NCBI GenBank assembly: GCA_041659805.1
Contig: JBAZXP010000001.1
Location: 576,589 to 640,588, forward strand
Length of the DNA stretch: 64,000 bases
Reading direction: 5' to 3'
Source: Microgenomates group bacterium
Lineage (GTDB): Bacteria; Patescibacteriota; Microgenomatia; Daviesbacterales; UBA10151
The notes beneath the pieces were generated by a model. The model had not been told where the DNA came from. It did no database searches and saw only the letters and a list, made by a program, of their open reading frames with translations. Made by a program: the position numbers and the translations under genes. Position 1 is the first letter of the stretch, and each line of letters opens with the position of its first letter. Positions 39,551 through 48,960 of the stretch are shown here, one piece after another.

Positions 39551-40943
39551 AGATTTACTAGATAAAATAGTTGCACTTTGTAAAAGAAGAGGATTTATTT
39601 TTGCGGGATCCGAGATTTACGGAGGTCTTGCTAATACTTATGATTTCGGTCCTCTTGGGGCTGAACTAAAACGTAATTTGACTAATTTCTGGTGGCAGAA
39701 CTTTGTGTCAAAACGCGAGGATATGTTGGGGCTTGATTCATCTATTTTGATGAGCCCAAAAGTATGGGAAGCTTCAGGACACACAGCAAGTTTTACAAAT
39801 GTGCTAATAGATTGCACCACCTGTAAACTCAGGACCAGAACTGATCACTTGATTGAAGATGCATTACCTGAAATTAAGGATGTAGAGGGTTTACCGCTCG
39901 AAGAATTAGACAAAATTATTGCTGAAAATAAAATTAAATGTCCTAATTGTGGAAAATCAACCTGGACAAAATCACGTAATTTTAATCAATTATTTGAAAC
40001 AAAAGTTGGAATTCTAACTTCTGAAAAAAATACTGCATATTTGCGGGGAGAACTGGCGCAGGGAATGTTTGTTAATTTTAAACAGGTTTTAGACAGTATG
40101 CATCCCAAATTGCCTTTTGGTTTGGCTCAATCCGGTAAAGTCTTTAGAAACGAAATTACCATGGGTAAATTTACTTTCAGAACTTTGGAGTTTGATTTAG
40201 CTGAATTTGAATATTTTGTGCGTCCTGATGAATGGGAAAAAACATTTGAATATTGGAAAAAAGAAATGTGGGAGTTCGCGTTGTCATTAGGACTTGATGA
40301 AAAGAAATTGCGTTGGAGGCCTCATTCCGAAAAAGAACTTTCTCATTATTCCAAAAGAACTGAAGATTTAGAATATGAATTTCCTTGGGGGTATAAAGAG
40401 ATGTGGGGTTTGGCATACCGCACTGATTTTGACTTAAAAAATCACATGGAACAATCAGGTGTTGATTTAAGATATATAGACCCCTTTACCAATGAAAAAT
40501 TTATTCCGCATGTGATTGAACCAACTTTCGGTTTGTCCCGTTTAATTACAATTTTGTTGATGGACGCTTACTTTGAAGATACTGAAAAACAAAGGGTTGT
40601 TTTAAAATTGCCTATTCAATTGGCTCCATATAAAGCTGCTGTTTTTCCGTTGCTCGCCAATAAACCAAAACTCGTTAAAAAGGCTAAAGAAATTTTCAAT
40701 GATTTGAAGAAAGATTTTGTTGTGGCTTGGGATGAAAGAGGAAATATTGGTAAAAGATATGCGTCGCAAGATGAAGCGGGAACACCGTATTGTTTAACTA
40801 TTGACTTCCAGAGCTTAGAGGATGATACAGTAACTATGAGAGACAGGGATACTGCCAAACAGGAAAGAATAAAGATTGATGAATTATCAAAAGAAATTTC
40901 AAATCGAATAAATAAAAATGGGTCTAGAGTCTCCACAACATGA
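39543..40943 (+). CDS. glyQS: Glycine--tRNA ligase (dimeric alpha2 GlyQS type)
   Basis: 466 aa. N-terminal RRGFIFAGSEIYGGLANTYDFGPLGAELKRNL and class II motif regions. Length matches alpha2-type GlyRS. Confidence 0.9.
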   Translation: MDKDLLDKIVALCKRRGFIFAGSEIYGGLANTYDFGPLGAELKRNLTNFWWQNFVSKREDMLGLDSSILMSPKVWEASGHTASFTNVLIDCTTCKLRTRTDHLIEDALPEIKDVEGLPLEELDKIIAENKIKCPNCGKSTWTKSRNFNQLFETKVGILTSEKNTAYLRGELAQGMFVNFKQVLDSMHPKLPFGLAQSGKVFRNEITMGKFTFRTLEFDLAEFEYFVRPDEWEKTFEYWKKEMWEFALSLGLDEKKLRWRPHSEKELSHYSKRTEDLEYEFPWGYKEMWGLAYRTDFDLKNHMEQSGVDLRYIDPFTNEKFIPHVIEPTFGLSRLITILLMDAYFEDTEKQRVVLKLPIQLAPYKAAVFPLLANKPKLVKKAKEIFNDLKKDFVVAWDERGNIGKRYASQDEAGTPYCLTIDFQSLEDDTVTMRDRDTAKQERIKIDELSKEISNRINKNGSRVSTT

Positions 40944-42336
40944 GTGCGGCGTAATAGGTATTTTTTCTCCCGGAAAAGAAGTTAGTCAAGAAATTTTTTA
41001 TGGTTTAATTGCTCTTCAAAATAGAGGACAGGAAGGCAGTGGAATTGCTACAGTTGATGAAAATGGCAAGATATATCTCCGTAAAGATGAAGGCCTGGTT
41101 TATGCTGTTTACAGTAAAGATGACATTGCTTCTTTAAAGGGGAGTATTGGTGTGGGTCATAATAGATATGGGATAACAGGTAAATCATCAAAAGAAAACG
41201 CTCACCCATTTTTGGTTGACTCGGATATCGGACCTTTTGCATTTGTACACAATGGTAATATTCATAATACTTTAGAATTGCGGAAAGAATTAGCCGAAAA
41301 CGGGGTAAAATTTGATTCTTCTACAGATAGTGAGGTGGTTGCTCAACTGATTGCAAAGTCTTCTGCCAAAACAATGGTTGGAAAAATAAAAGAAGCTGCC
41401 CCTAAAATAAAAGGAGCTTACAGTTGCTTAATTGCCAACAAAGATTCTCTTATTGGTTTTAAGGATCCCAGAGGAGTTTGGCCTTTAAGTATAGGAAGAT
41501 TTAATGGTAATGGTTATATTGTAGCTTCAGAAACAAATGGTATAGAAAAAGCAGGCGGATCTAATTGTGAAGATATTAATGCTGGTGAAATTGTAGTAAT
41601 TGACAGAGAGGGTGCAAGGTATGATTCTCTGGGAAGAGAGCAGGAATCTTTGTGTAGCTTTGAATATTACTATTTTTGTGATCCTTATAGTAAGTTACTT
41701 GGGAGGAGAGTGGAAAACGCCAGATTTGATATGGGGGTTGCTTTGGCAGAAGAACATTCTTTTGATGCTGATTGGATTATACCTGTACCAGAGACAGCCA
41801 GGCCTGCAGCAGAAGGATATGCATTTGCCTCAAAAATTCCAGTAAGAAGTGCATTAATTAGGAACAGATGGTTGGGAAGAACATTTATTGAACCTTCTCA
41901 AAGGCTTCGTGAACTTGCTGCTGAGTTGAAATATGGATCTCTGCCAGAAATTATAGAGGGGAAAAAGATAATTGTGATTGATGACACTATTGTTAGAGGA
42001 ACAACTACAAAAAAACTTGTAAAACTGGTAAGAAATGCAGGAGCAAAAGAAGTAAGTGTTTTAAGTACCGCGCCACCAATCAGAGGTGTATGTTGGGATG
42101 GAGTGGATACGGCTGATCTTTCGGAACTGATTGCTGCCAATAAGAGTATAGAAGAAATAAGAGCATTTATCGGTGCTGATCACCTGGGTTATCTTAGCTT
42201 GGAAGCAGGGATAAAGGCAATTGGATTGAATTTAAAAGACAGGCTTTGCATAAGTTGTTTTACAGGACAATACAGGATGCAAATTCCGAACGGACGTGAT
42301 AAATTTATACTGGAAGGTGAAAAAGTACATGCCTAA
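40918..42336 (+). CDS. purF: Amidophosphoribosyltransferase (glutamine-PRPP amidotransferase)
   Basis: Propeptide MGLESPQHE then the Ntn nucleophile CGVIGIF. QNRGQEGSGI, VGHNRYGITG and FVHNGNIHN motifs. PRT motif IVIDDTIVRGTTT. C-terminal Cys ligands (CWDG...CISCFTGQY) as in [4Fe-4S] B. subtilis-type PurF. Confidence 0.85.
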   Translation: MGLESPQHECGVIGIFSPGKEVSQEIFYGLIALQNRGQEGSGIATVDENGKIYLRKDEGLVYAVYSKDDIASLKGSIGVGHNRYGITGKSSKENAHPFLVDSDIGPFAFVHNGNIHNTLELRKELAENGVKFDSSTDSEVVAQLIAKSSAKTMVGKIKEAAPKIKGAYSCLIANKDSLIGFKDPRGVWPLSIGRFNGNGYIVASETNGIEKAGGSNCEDINAGEIVVIDREGARYDSLGREQESLCSFEYYYFCDPYSKLLGRRVENARFDMGVALAEEHSFDADWIIPVPETARPAAEGYAFASKIPVRSALIRNRWLGRTFIEPSQRLRELAAELKYGSLPEIIEGKKIIVIDDTIVRGTTTKKLVKLVRNAGAKEVSVLSTAPPIRGVCWDGVDTADLSELIAANKSIEEIRAFIGADHLGYLSLEAGIKAIGLNLKDRLCISCFTGQYRMQIPNGRDKFILEGEKVHA

Positions 42337-43204
42337 AATTAATAATCTTTTACACAATAAGCTTACACTCGGTTTAATTATAATAATTATTGTTTTAATT
42401 GTTGGAGGTGTATTTGCCTATCAAAAATTTATTTCTTCTAAGGATGATTCTCAGATTTTAGAGGAGGTTGATTTGCCTTTTGATCCTGAAGGACCCTATG
42501 CCTTGCTTTATCCGAGAAAAGATGGAAATGCATTAGTACTAAATCTTAAAAGGACTGGTTCTTATGACAAGATTAGTTATGACTTAGCTTATGTAAGCGA
42601 AGCAGAAAAAAGTTCAGAGTCAGGGGAAGTGCCTTCCGGAGGGATTGATCGGGGTGTGTCTGGTGATATTAATACAAAGGATAAAAAAGGAGAATATGAA
42701 CAGGAAATTCTATTTGGAACTTGTAGCAAAAATGTATGTAAATATGATAAAGGTGTGGAAAACGGAACTCTAACTCTTCATATTCAAAAAGGAAACCATG
42801 CATATCGAATGATTACCCAGTGGCATATACAAAAACCTGATATTGCATTGGGAAAATTAACATCAGGAGACACTCATTTTATCTATCAAATTGACCCCAA
42901 TTCTACCCAGCTTTCTCTAGTAGATTATTCTATTATTAATGATTTATCAGGTGCGCCTAAATTAGCAGGTGATAAACAGATTCTCGGAAAAGTTTATGGA
43001 GTAAATGCACCCGTTGCAAAGACTATGCCTTTTGGTCAAATTACGATTGAACTGGCTGAAAACCCGCCGGTTGACGCAAAAATAGCCCGTTTTGATGAGT
43101 CGTTAAATAAATGGATAGAAATGGATACTAAAATAAGTGGCAGTACTTTAACTGCAAAATCAGACACAGCAGGGATTATCACTGTTCTTTCTGCAACGAA
43201 ATAA
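42329..43204 (+). CDS. Membrane-anchored extracytoplasmic protein, unknown function
   Basis: The ATG at 42329 overlaps the purF stop (ATGCCTAA). TM anchor LGLIIIIIVLIVGGVFAY followed by a ~260-aa hydrophilic domain. Confidence 0.4.
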   Translation: MPKINNLLHNKLTLGLIIIIIVLIVGGVFAYQKFISSKDDSQILEEVDLPFDPEGPYALLYPRKDGNALVLNLKRTGSYDKISYDLAYVSEAEKSSESGEVPSGGIDRGVSGDINTKDKKGEYEQEILFGTCSKNVCKYDKGVENGTLTLHIQKGNHAYRMITQWHIQKPDIALGKLTSGDTHFIYQIDPNSTQLSLVDYSIINDLSGAPKLAGDKQILGKVYGVNAPVAKTMPFGQITIELAENPPVDAKIARFDESLNKWIEMDTKISGSTLTAKSDTAGIITVLSATK

Positions 43205-43276
43205 TTTTCGTTTTCACAACAAGATAAATTTATTGTTTTAGCTTCAAATTACTTTCTTTTTTCGTGAAAAGGGGTA

Positions 43277-43304
43277 TTGACTTATTTTTTCAATGGTTTA
43301 ATAT
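43277..43304 (+). promoter_or_regulatory. Candidate sigma70-type promoter of the mraZ/dcw operon
   Basis: TTGACT (43277-43282), 16-nt spacer, TAATAT (43299-43304). Lies in the 173-bp gap upstream of mraZ. Confidence 0.4.
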
Positions 43305-43377
43305 GGATAAAGATGGTGAAAAAAGGTGAAGTCACATTCGTGATTGATCCATCATATTCTGCCCGGAAAGAACCTCA

Positions 43378-43782
43378 ATGTTTTTGGGCGAATATCAAAC
43401 CAAATTTTCTGGACAAGGAAGGATTATCCTACCTAAGAAATTCCGAAAAGAATTATCCGGGTTTAAGGAAATAGTTTTAAGTAGAGGATTTGAGGGATGT
43501 ATTTGGGGTTATTCTGTACCTGATTTTGCCAAAGAGGCAGAAAGACAATTGGCAATCTCGCCAACTGAGGAAGGAGCAAGGCATTTAAGGCGATATTTAT
43601 TTTCAGGAGCAGAGGAAACAATATTGGATGAACAGGGTAGATTTGTAATACCGAAAGCTCTAATAGATTATGCGGGTTTGGCAACAGAGGTGGTTTTAAT
43701 CGGAACAGGGGATCATTTTGAAATTTGGGATCCCCAAAAATGGAGTGATCTAATTAGTAAAATCACTCAGGAAGGGAAATGA
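43378..43782 (+). CDS. mraZ: Transcriptional regulator MraZ
   Basis: MFLGEYQTKFSGQGRIILPKKFRKEL. Duplicated SpoVT/AbrB-like halves with a second GRFVIPKAL repeat. 134 aa. First gene of the dcw cluster. Confidence 0.85.
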   Translation: MFLGEYQTKFSGQGRIILPKKFRKELSGFKEIVLSRGFEGCIWGYSVPDFAKEAERQLAISPTEEGARHLRRYLFSGAEETILDEQGRFVIPKALIDYAGLATEVVLIGTGDHFEIWDPQKWSDLISKITQEGK

Positions 43783-43856
43783 TTTGGCTATTATTAAAAA
43801 AATCTGGATATTAGATTCATTAATGAAATTATGGTTAAGTCCTGTGAAATAAAGAT

Positions 43857-44201
43857 ATGAAAAGAATTATTTTAGAAGAAAAGAGGAGAACAATGATAGC
43901 GCATACCCTTAGGGGCTCTTCTTCAAAGATGCGTCTTACTATTGGCTGTTTAACTGTTCTATTGATTATTCTTTTTGTAGAAATTTGGGTTGCAAACAGA
44001 ACATCTACTTATGGAGATAAAATTTATCAATTAAAACAATCTCAAGCACGTCTTGAACTTGAAAATCAAGTACTGGCAAACTCGATTGCTGCGTCATCTG
44101 CTATGGTTTTACTTGAGAGAAAAGCAAATCTCTTGGGTTTTAATACAATAAACCAACTTGATTATATTAAGCTTTCAGATAAACTTGCTTCTGCTAACTA
44201 G
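43857..44201 (+). CDS. ftsL: FtsL/DivIC-like cell-division protein
   Basis: 114 aa. Short cytoplasmic N-terminus, one TM helix (LTIGCLTVLLIILFVEIWV), then a coiled-coil segment. Positioned between mraZ and ftsI. Confidence 0.55.
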   Translation: MKRIILEEKRRTMIAHTLRGSSSKMRLTIGCLTVLLIILFVEIWVANRTSTYGDKIYQLKQSQARLELENQVLANSIAASSAMVLLERKANLLGFNTINQLDYIKLSDKLASAN

Positions 44202-44245
44202 ATTGTGTAAGAATTGTTTTGTCCCTATATTAAGATATCTTTTTC

Positions 44246-45967
44246 ATGAGGCTTAAGCTTGTTAAGTTAATCTATTATTCATTTATATTTTTAATCCTTA
44301 TAAGGTTATTCTATTGGCAAATAATTCGCTTTGATGATATGTCTGCGATGGCTGAGAAGCAGCATCTCTCAACATCTTCACTTAGTGCTCCCAGGGGAAT
44401 AATCTATTCAGAAGATGGGGGAATTTATGCAACCAACAAACCAGTATATACACTTTTTTCAAATCCTACCTTAATAAAAGACAAAAAAACTGCTGTCGGT
44501 GAACTTGCAAATATTCTTGCATTAGCAAAAATAGAACCTACTGATACTGATTATAAGAAGCAATTGATAAACATCAGAGAAGCCTTAAATAACAAGCTTA
44601 ATCAAAATCTAAGCTGGGTTGCATTAGAACGAAACATAGAACTAGAAACTAAAAAATCCATTGAAAGCTTAAAAATTCCGGGAATAGGTTTTGATGAAAA
44701 CTCTGCAAGATTATATCCAGAAAGCTCTTCAGCGGCGAATATTTTGGGCTTTGTCGGCTTGGATAAAATAGGTAACCCTAAAGGATATTTTGGAATTGAA
44801 GGTTATTATGACAGGCAGTTAACCGGTGTTAAAGGTGAAATTACTGAAGAGAAAGATGCAGAAGGATTGCCTATTCTAATGGGTACTTTTTCCTTGCAGG
44901 ATTCCAAAAAAGGATATGATTTAACTTTGAATATTGACCGTGGAGTTCAGTATATTGTGGAGAAGAAATTAAAACTTGGTTTAGAAAAATACGGAGCAAA
45001 ATCCGGCTCTGTTGTAGTGATGGATCCTTTTACAGGTGCGATATTGGCAATGGCAACTTTTCCGAATTATGATCCGAATGACTATACAAATTATCCAAAG
45101 GATTCATTTAAAAATTTAGTTGTAGCAGACTCATATGAACCGGGTTCGACTTTCAAGACTTTAATTATGGCTGCCGGTATAAATGAGAATGTAGTGAAGC
45201 CGGAAACAATTTGTGACGAAACTTGTGAGGGACCAGTAGCTATTGGTGAATACAAAATCCGTACACATGATAACAAATATAGGAAAAAAGAGACCATGCA
45301 GGATGTTATTACTCAGTCAGATAATACCGGAATGGTTTTTGTAGGACGAAAATTGGGAGAGGATAAAGTTTTTGATTATATTCAGCGTTTCGGAATAGGC
45401 AAGCTTACTCAAGTTGATTTAGAGGACGAGATTACGCCTGATTTGAGATTAAGAAAAGATTGGAAGGAAATTGACTATGCAACGGCGACATTTGGACAGG
45501 GTATTGCTGTCACCCCAATTCAAATGGTAAAGGCTGTTGCATCAATTGCAAATGGAGGGTATTTAATGGAACCGCATGTTGTTAAAAATATAAACACGAA
45601 GAATAAGATATCAGAAATAAAACCTAAAATTGTCGGGAATCCTATTTCTAAAGAAACTGCATATACTGTGAAAGAAATGATGGTTAAGGCAGTAGATGAA
45701 GGAGAGGCCGGTGGATATGCTCCTAAAAATTATAAAATTGCCGGTAAAACAGGTACAGCTCAAATTCCAATAGCAGGACATTATGATGCAACAAAATACG
45801 TTGCCTCTTTTGTAGGATTTGCACCAGCAGATAATCCAAAATTTATTATGTTAGTCCGCTATGTAGAACCGACATCTTCAATTTACGGAACTTCAACTGC
45901 AGCTCCTACTTTTTTTGAAATTGCCAAAGAGCTTTTTTCGTATTATCAAATTACGCCTGATCGATAG
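44246..45967 (+). CDS. ftsI: Peptidoglycan D,D-transpeptidase (class B PBP, FtsI-like)
   Basis: N-terminal TM anchor. Catalytic motifs STFK (YEPGSTFK), SDN (QSDNTG) and KTGT (AGKTGTAQ). Confidence 0.85.
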   Translation: MRLKLVKLIYYSFIFLILIRLFYWQIIRFDDMSAMAEKQHLSTSSLSAPRGIIYSEDGGIYATNKPVYTLFSNPTLIKDKKTAVGELANILALAKIEPTDTDYKKQLINIREALNNKLNQNLSWVALERNIELETKKSIESLKIPGIGFDENSARLYPESSSAANILGFVGLDKIGNPKGYFGIEGYYDRQLTGVKGEITEEKDAEGLPILMGTFSLQDSKKGYDLTLNIDRGVQYIVEKKLKLGLEKYGAKSGSVVVMDPFTGAILAMATFPNYDPNDYTNYPKDSFKNLVVADSYEPGSTFKTLIMAAGINENVVKPETICDETCEGPVAIGEYKIRTHDNKYRKKETMQDVITQSDNTGMVFVGRKLGEDKVFDYIQRFGIGKLTQVDLEDEITPDLRLRKDWKEIDYATATFGQGIAVTPIQMVKAVASIANGGYLMEPHVVKNINTKNKISEIKPKIVGNPISKETAYTVKEMMVKAVDEGEAGGYAPKNYKIAGKTGTAQIPIAGHYDATKYVASFVGFAPADNPKFIMLVRYVEPTSSIYGTSTAAPTFFEIAKELFSYYQITPDR

Positions 45968-45981
45968 GGTATAATATCATA

Positions 45982-47169
45982 ATGACTATAAAATTACGTA
46001 AGTTCATTCCTCACTCTTTTGTAAATTATGGTAAGCATTTGCCAAAGGCTGTGGTGGCAAGTGTGAGGCATGGTTTTCCTGGTAAAAAACTCCATGTGAT
46101 TGGAGTAACAGGGACAGATGGGAAAACCACTACTGTTAACATGATTTACCAAATCCTCAAAGCTGCCGGGAAAAAAGTTTCTATGATTTCAACTATTAAT
46201 GCTGAAATAGGAGGTAAAAGTTATGATACAGGTTTACATGTTACCAGTCCAGAGGCATCAGATATTCAAAAATTTATGAAAAAATCTTTAGAAAACGGAG
46301 ATGAATATATGGTGCTTGAAGTTTCTTCTCATGCTCTGGAACAATTTAGGGTTTGGAGTATTAATTTTGAGATTGGGGTAATAACTAATATTACCTCTGA
46401 TCATCTTGATTATCACGGAAGTTTAAAAAATTATATTGAAGCTAAAAGTAAGTTAATTAAAAATGTTAAGTGGGCAATATTAAATAAAGATGATTCTTAT
46501 TTTGAAATATTAAAAAAGATGACTTCTGGTAAAATCCTTACTTTTCCCAGTAATCTTGGTTTAAATTTAAAAATTATCGGAGATTTTAATATTTTAAATG
46601 CAGAAGCGGCCTTTTTAGTGGGAAGAACTTTGGATATTGATGAAAAATTGATTAAAAATACTTTAGAAAATTTTGCCGGTTTAGTTGGACGAATGGAAGA
46701 AATTGATAATGAACTTGGTATTAAAATATTCGTCGATTTTGCAACTAATCAAAACGCTTTGGAAAATGCGCTAACAGCTCTTAGAAAACAAACAAAAGGA
46801 AAGCTGATTGCTTTATTTGGTGTTCCGTCTGAGCGTGATTCCAGTAAAAGACCATTGATGGGTGAAGTGTCTGCTAAACTGGCTGACATTACCGTTTTGA
46901 CTGAAGATGATCCGAGATTTGAAGATAAAAATAAAATTATTGAAGAAATTGCTGAAGGGTATTATAAAATTAAAGGGAAAAATGATAAAAATCTTTATAA
47001 AGAACCTAATCGTCAGAAAGCAATTCAGATAGCGATCGATTTAGCTAAAAGAGGAGATGTAGTAGGACTTTTTGGTAAGGGGCATGAAAAATCTATGAGT
47101 TATCAAGGTCTAGAACTTCCTTGGTCTGATTCTGATGCTGTAAAGGAAGTTATATGGAAGAAAAAATAA
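45982..47169 (+). CDS. murE: UDP-N-acetylmuramoyl-L-alanyl-D-glutamate--2,6-diaminopimelate (or L-lysine) ligase
   Basis: P-loop VIGVTGTDGKTTT. Mur ligase middle and C-terminal domain pattern. Position after ftsI. Confidence 0.85.
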   Translation: MTIKLRKFIPHSFVNYGKHLPKAVVASVRHGFPGKKLHVIGVTGTDGKTTTVNMIYQILKAAGKKVSMISTINAEIGGKSYDTGLHVTSPEASDIQKFMKKSLENGDEYMVLEVSSHALEQFRVWSINFEIGVITNITSDHLDYHGSLKNYIEAKSKLIKNVKWAILNKDDSYFEILKKMTSGKILTFPSNLGLNLKIIGDFNILNAEAAFLVGRTLDIDEKLIKNTLENFAGLVGRMEEIDNELGIKIFVDFATNQNALENALTALRKQTKGKLIALFGVPSERDSSKRPLMGEVSAKLADITVLTEDDPRFEDKNKIIEEIAEGYYKIKGKNDKNLYKEPNRQKAIQIAIDLAKRGDVVGLFGKGHEKSMSYQGLELPWSDSDAVKEVIWKKK

Positions 47170-47741
47170 ATCTTTTAGTCAGCCAGCTTGGTGAAATTAG
47201 GGTAAAAAAAGATGCTGATATTGGTGAGTATTTAGGTGAAAATTATAAAGGAAAAATCGGAGCTTTATATATCGCAACATCTGTTTCTGAATTGATTAAA
47301 GTTGTGACTTTGTGTGAAGAGCTAAATATAACTTATTTATTAATCGGTTCAGGAAGTAAGGTTTTTATTAAAGATTCTAAATTACCAGTTTTGATAATCA
47401 AAAACCGCAGCAAGAACCTTAAAATTTTTGGAGTAAAAGGAAAAGTATCACGTTCTGGTATAGGAATTAAAGAAGCCTTTGTGGAGGCTGACTCAGGAGT
47501 TACTCTGCCTGATTTAGCAGCTTTTTCTGAAAGTCAGGGTCTTGCAGGCTTTGATGATTTAAGGCTGTCTAAAAGTACTGTTGGGGGGTCTATTTTAAGC
47601 AATAAAATTTTGCAAGATAAGGTAACTCAGATAATTGTTTTAAGTAATAAAAATACAGAAAACAGAAAAGAGATTCAAGAGCTATCAAGCAATGAAGTTA
47701 TACTAAGAGTAATTTTTCACTTAAAAGCAAGGGAAGTTTAA
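47154..47741 (+). CDS. Truncated MurB-like protein (UDP-N-acetylenolpyruvoylglucosamine reductase FAD-binding domain only)
   Basis: 195 aa versus ~300 for MurB. Aligns to the MurB N-terminal FAD-binding region (ELNITYLLIGSGSKVFIKD resembles LGxGSNLL; GFDDLRLSKSTVGGSI resembles GIPGTVGGA). The C-terminal substrate-binding domain with catalytic Ser/Glu appears missing. Confidence 0.5.
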   Translation: MEEKINLLVSQLGEIRVKKDADIGEYLGENYKGKIGALYIATSVSELIKVVTLCEELNITYLLIGSGSKVFIKDSKLPVLIIKNRSKNLKIFGVKGKVSRSGIGIKEAFVEADSGVTLPDLAAFSESQGLAGFDDLRLSKSTVGGSILSNKILQDKVTQIIVLSNKNTENRKEIQELSSNEVILRVIFHLKAREV

Positions 47742-47776
47742 AATTGTTTGTATTTAAAGTATAATTCTAGGCGTGT

Positions 47777-48958
47777 ATGGAGATTAAAAATCATCCGATT
47801 TGGAATAATATAAAATCCTATAAAAAGCCTGCTCACCTAGCAAGGTTTTTTGTAGCAAAGCGTTATGCCTGTTTATTTTCCAGAACAACTTTTATTGGCA
47901 TTACTGGTTCAGTAAGCAAAACGAGCACCACTATCAGTTGTTTGAATGTTCTTTCGGAAAAATTCACAACAATTGCAACAGATATAAATCTGGATTCTAT
48001 TTTAAATATCCCTATCACTTTATTAAAAGCAAGGCCAAAAACAAAAAAAGTTATTCTTGAAATGGGGGTAGAATACCCCGGTGAGATGGATTTTTATCTT
48101 TCGTTGGTTCGTCCTGCTACCGCAATAATTACCAGAATATCTTACGCTCATAGTGAGTTTTTAGGGAATATAGAAGGGATTTTAAAAGAGAAGTCTCCTT
48201 TAGTAAAACAACTTCCCAAAAACGGTTTTGCAATTTTAAATTACGATGATCCGTATTGCAGAAGACTTGCAAAGGAAACAGAAGCTCAGGTAATTTTTTA
48301 TGGCTTTGATAGTCAAAAATGTGATGTTTGGAGTTCAAATGTAAGACTGGAAGATGGACTCACAAAATTTGAATTAAATTATGGGGTAGAAAGAGTAGAG
48401 GTCTCTTTTAAGTTTTTAGGCCGTCACATGGTATATCCTGCACTAGCGGCTGCAGCATTAGGGATTAGCTGTGATATGAATCTTATACAAATTAAAAAAG
48501 GTTTAGAAAAAGTAAAACCTGTTTCTCATAGGCTACAGCTATTAGAAGGAATAAACGGTTTTAATGTAATAGATGACACTCACAACTCATCTCCGGCAGC
48601 TGTAGAAGAGGCGCTGAATGTTTTAAATGAGTTACCTGCTAAAAAAAGAATTGCAATACTAGGAGAGATGAAAGAATTAGGGGATTATTCTGAACACCTT
48701 CATCGAAGTATTGCTCAAAAAATCGTTAAAGACAGAATTGATTTAGTGCTTCTTGGATCAGGAGATGCAGTATTTATTTATGACGAATTAATTAAATTAG
48801 GATTTCCAAGTGAACGCGTCGAAGCTAATTTATCGAATACACAATTAGTTTCTAAAATAGTCAGATTCGCAGGAAAAGGGGATTTGGTATTAATAAAAGG
48901 GTCGCATGCTGTTAAACTGAATGAAGTGGTTCAAAGGATTACAAAGCATAAAAAATAA
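47777..48958 (+). CDS. murF: UDP-N-acetylmuramoyl-tripeptide--D-alanyl-D-alanine ligase
   Basis: P-loop IGITGSVSKTSTT and Mur ligase C-terminal domain. Placed between murE and mraY as in canonical dcw order. Confidence 0.8.
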   Translation: MEIKNHPIWNNIKSYKKPAHLARFFVAKRYACLFSRTTFIGITGSVSKTSTTISCLNVLSEKFTTIATDINLDSILNIPITLLKARPKTKKVILEMGVEYPGEMDFYLSLVRPATAIITRISYAHSEFLGNIEGILKEKSPLVKQLPKNGFAILNYDDPYCRRLAKETEAQVIFYGFDSQKCDVWSSNVRLEDGLTKFELNYGVERVEVSFKFLGRHMVYPALAAAALGISCDMNLIQIKKGLEKVKPVSHRLQLLEGINGFNVIDDTHNSSPAAVEEALNVLNELPAKKRIAILGEMKELGDYSEHLHRSIAQKIVKDRIDLVLLGSGDAVFIYDELIKLGFPSERVEANLSNTQLVSKIVRFAGKGDLVLIKGSHAVKLNEVVQRITKHKK

Positions 48959-48960
48959 AA

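Noticed and set aside
43277-43474. 65-aa ORF upstream of and overlapping mraZ.
   Set aside because: It lies across the candidate promoter/operator region and in a different frame from mraZ. It has no motif and is more likely non-coding leader sequence.
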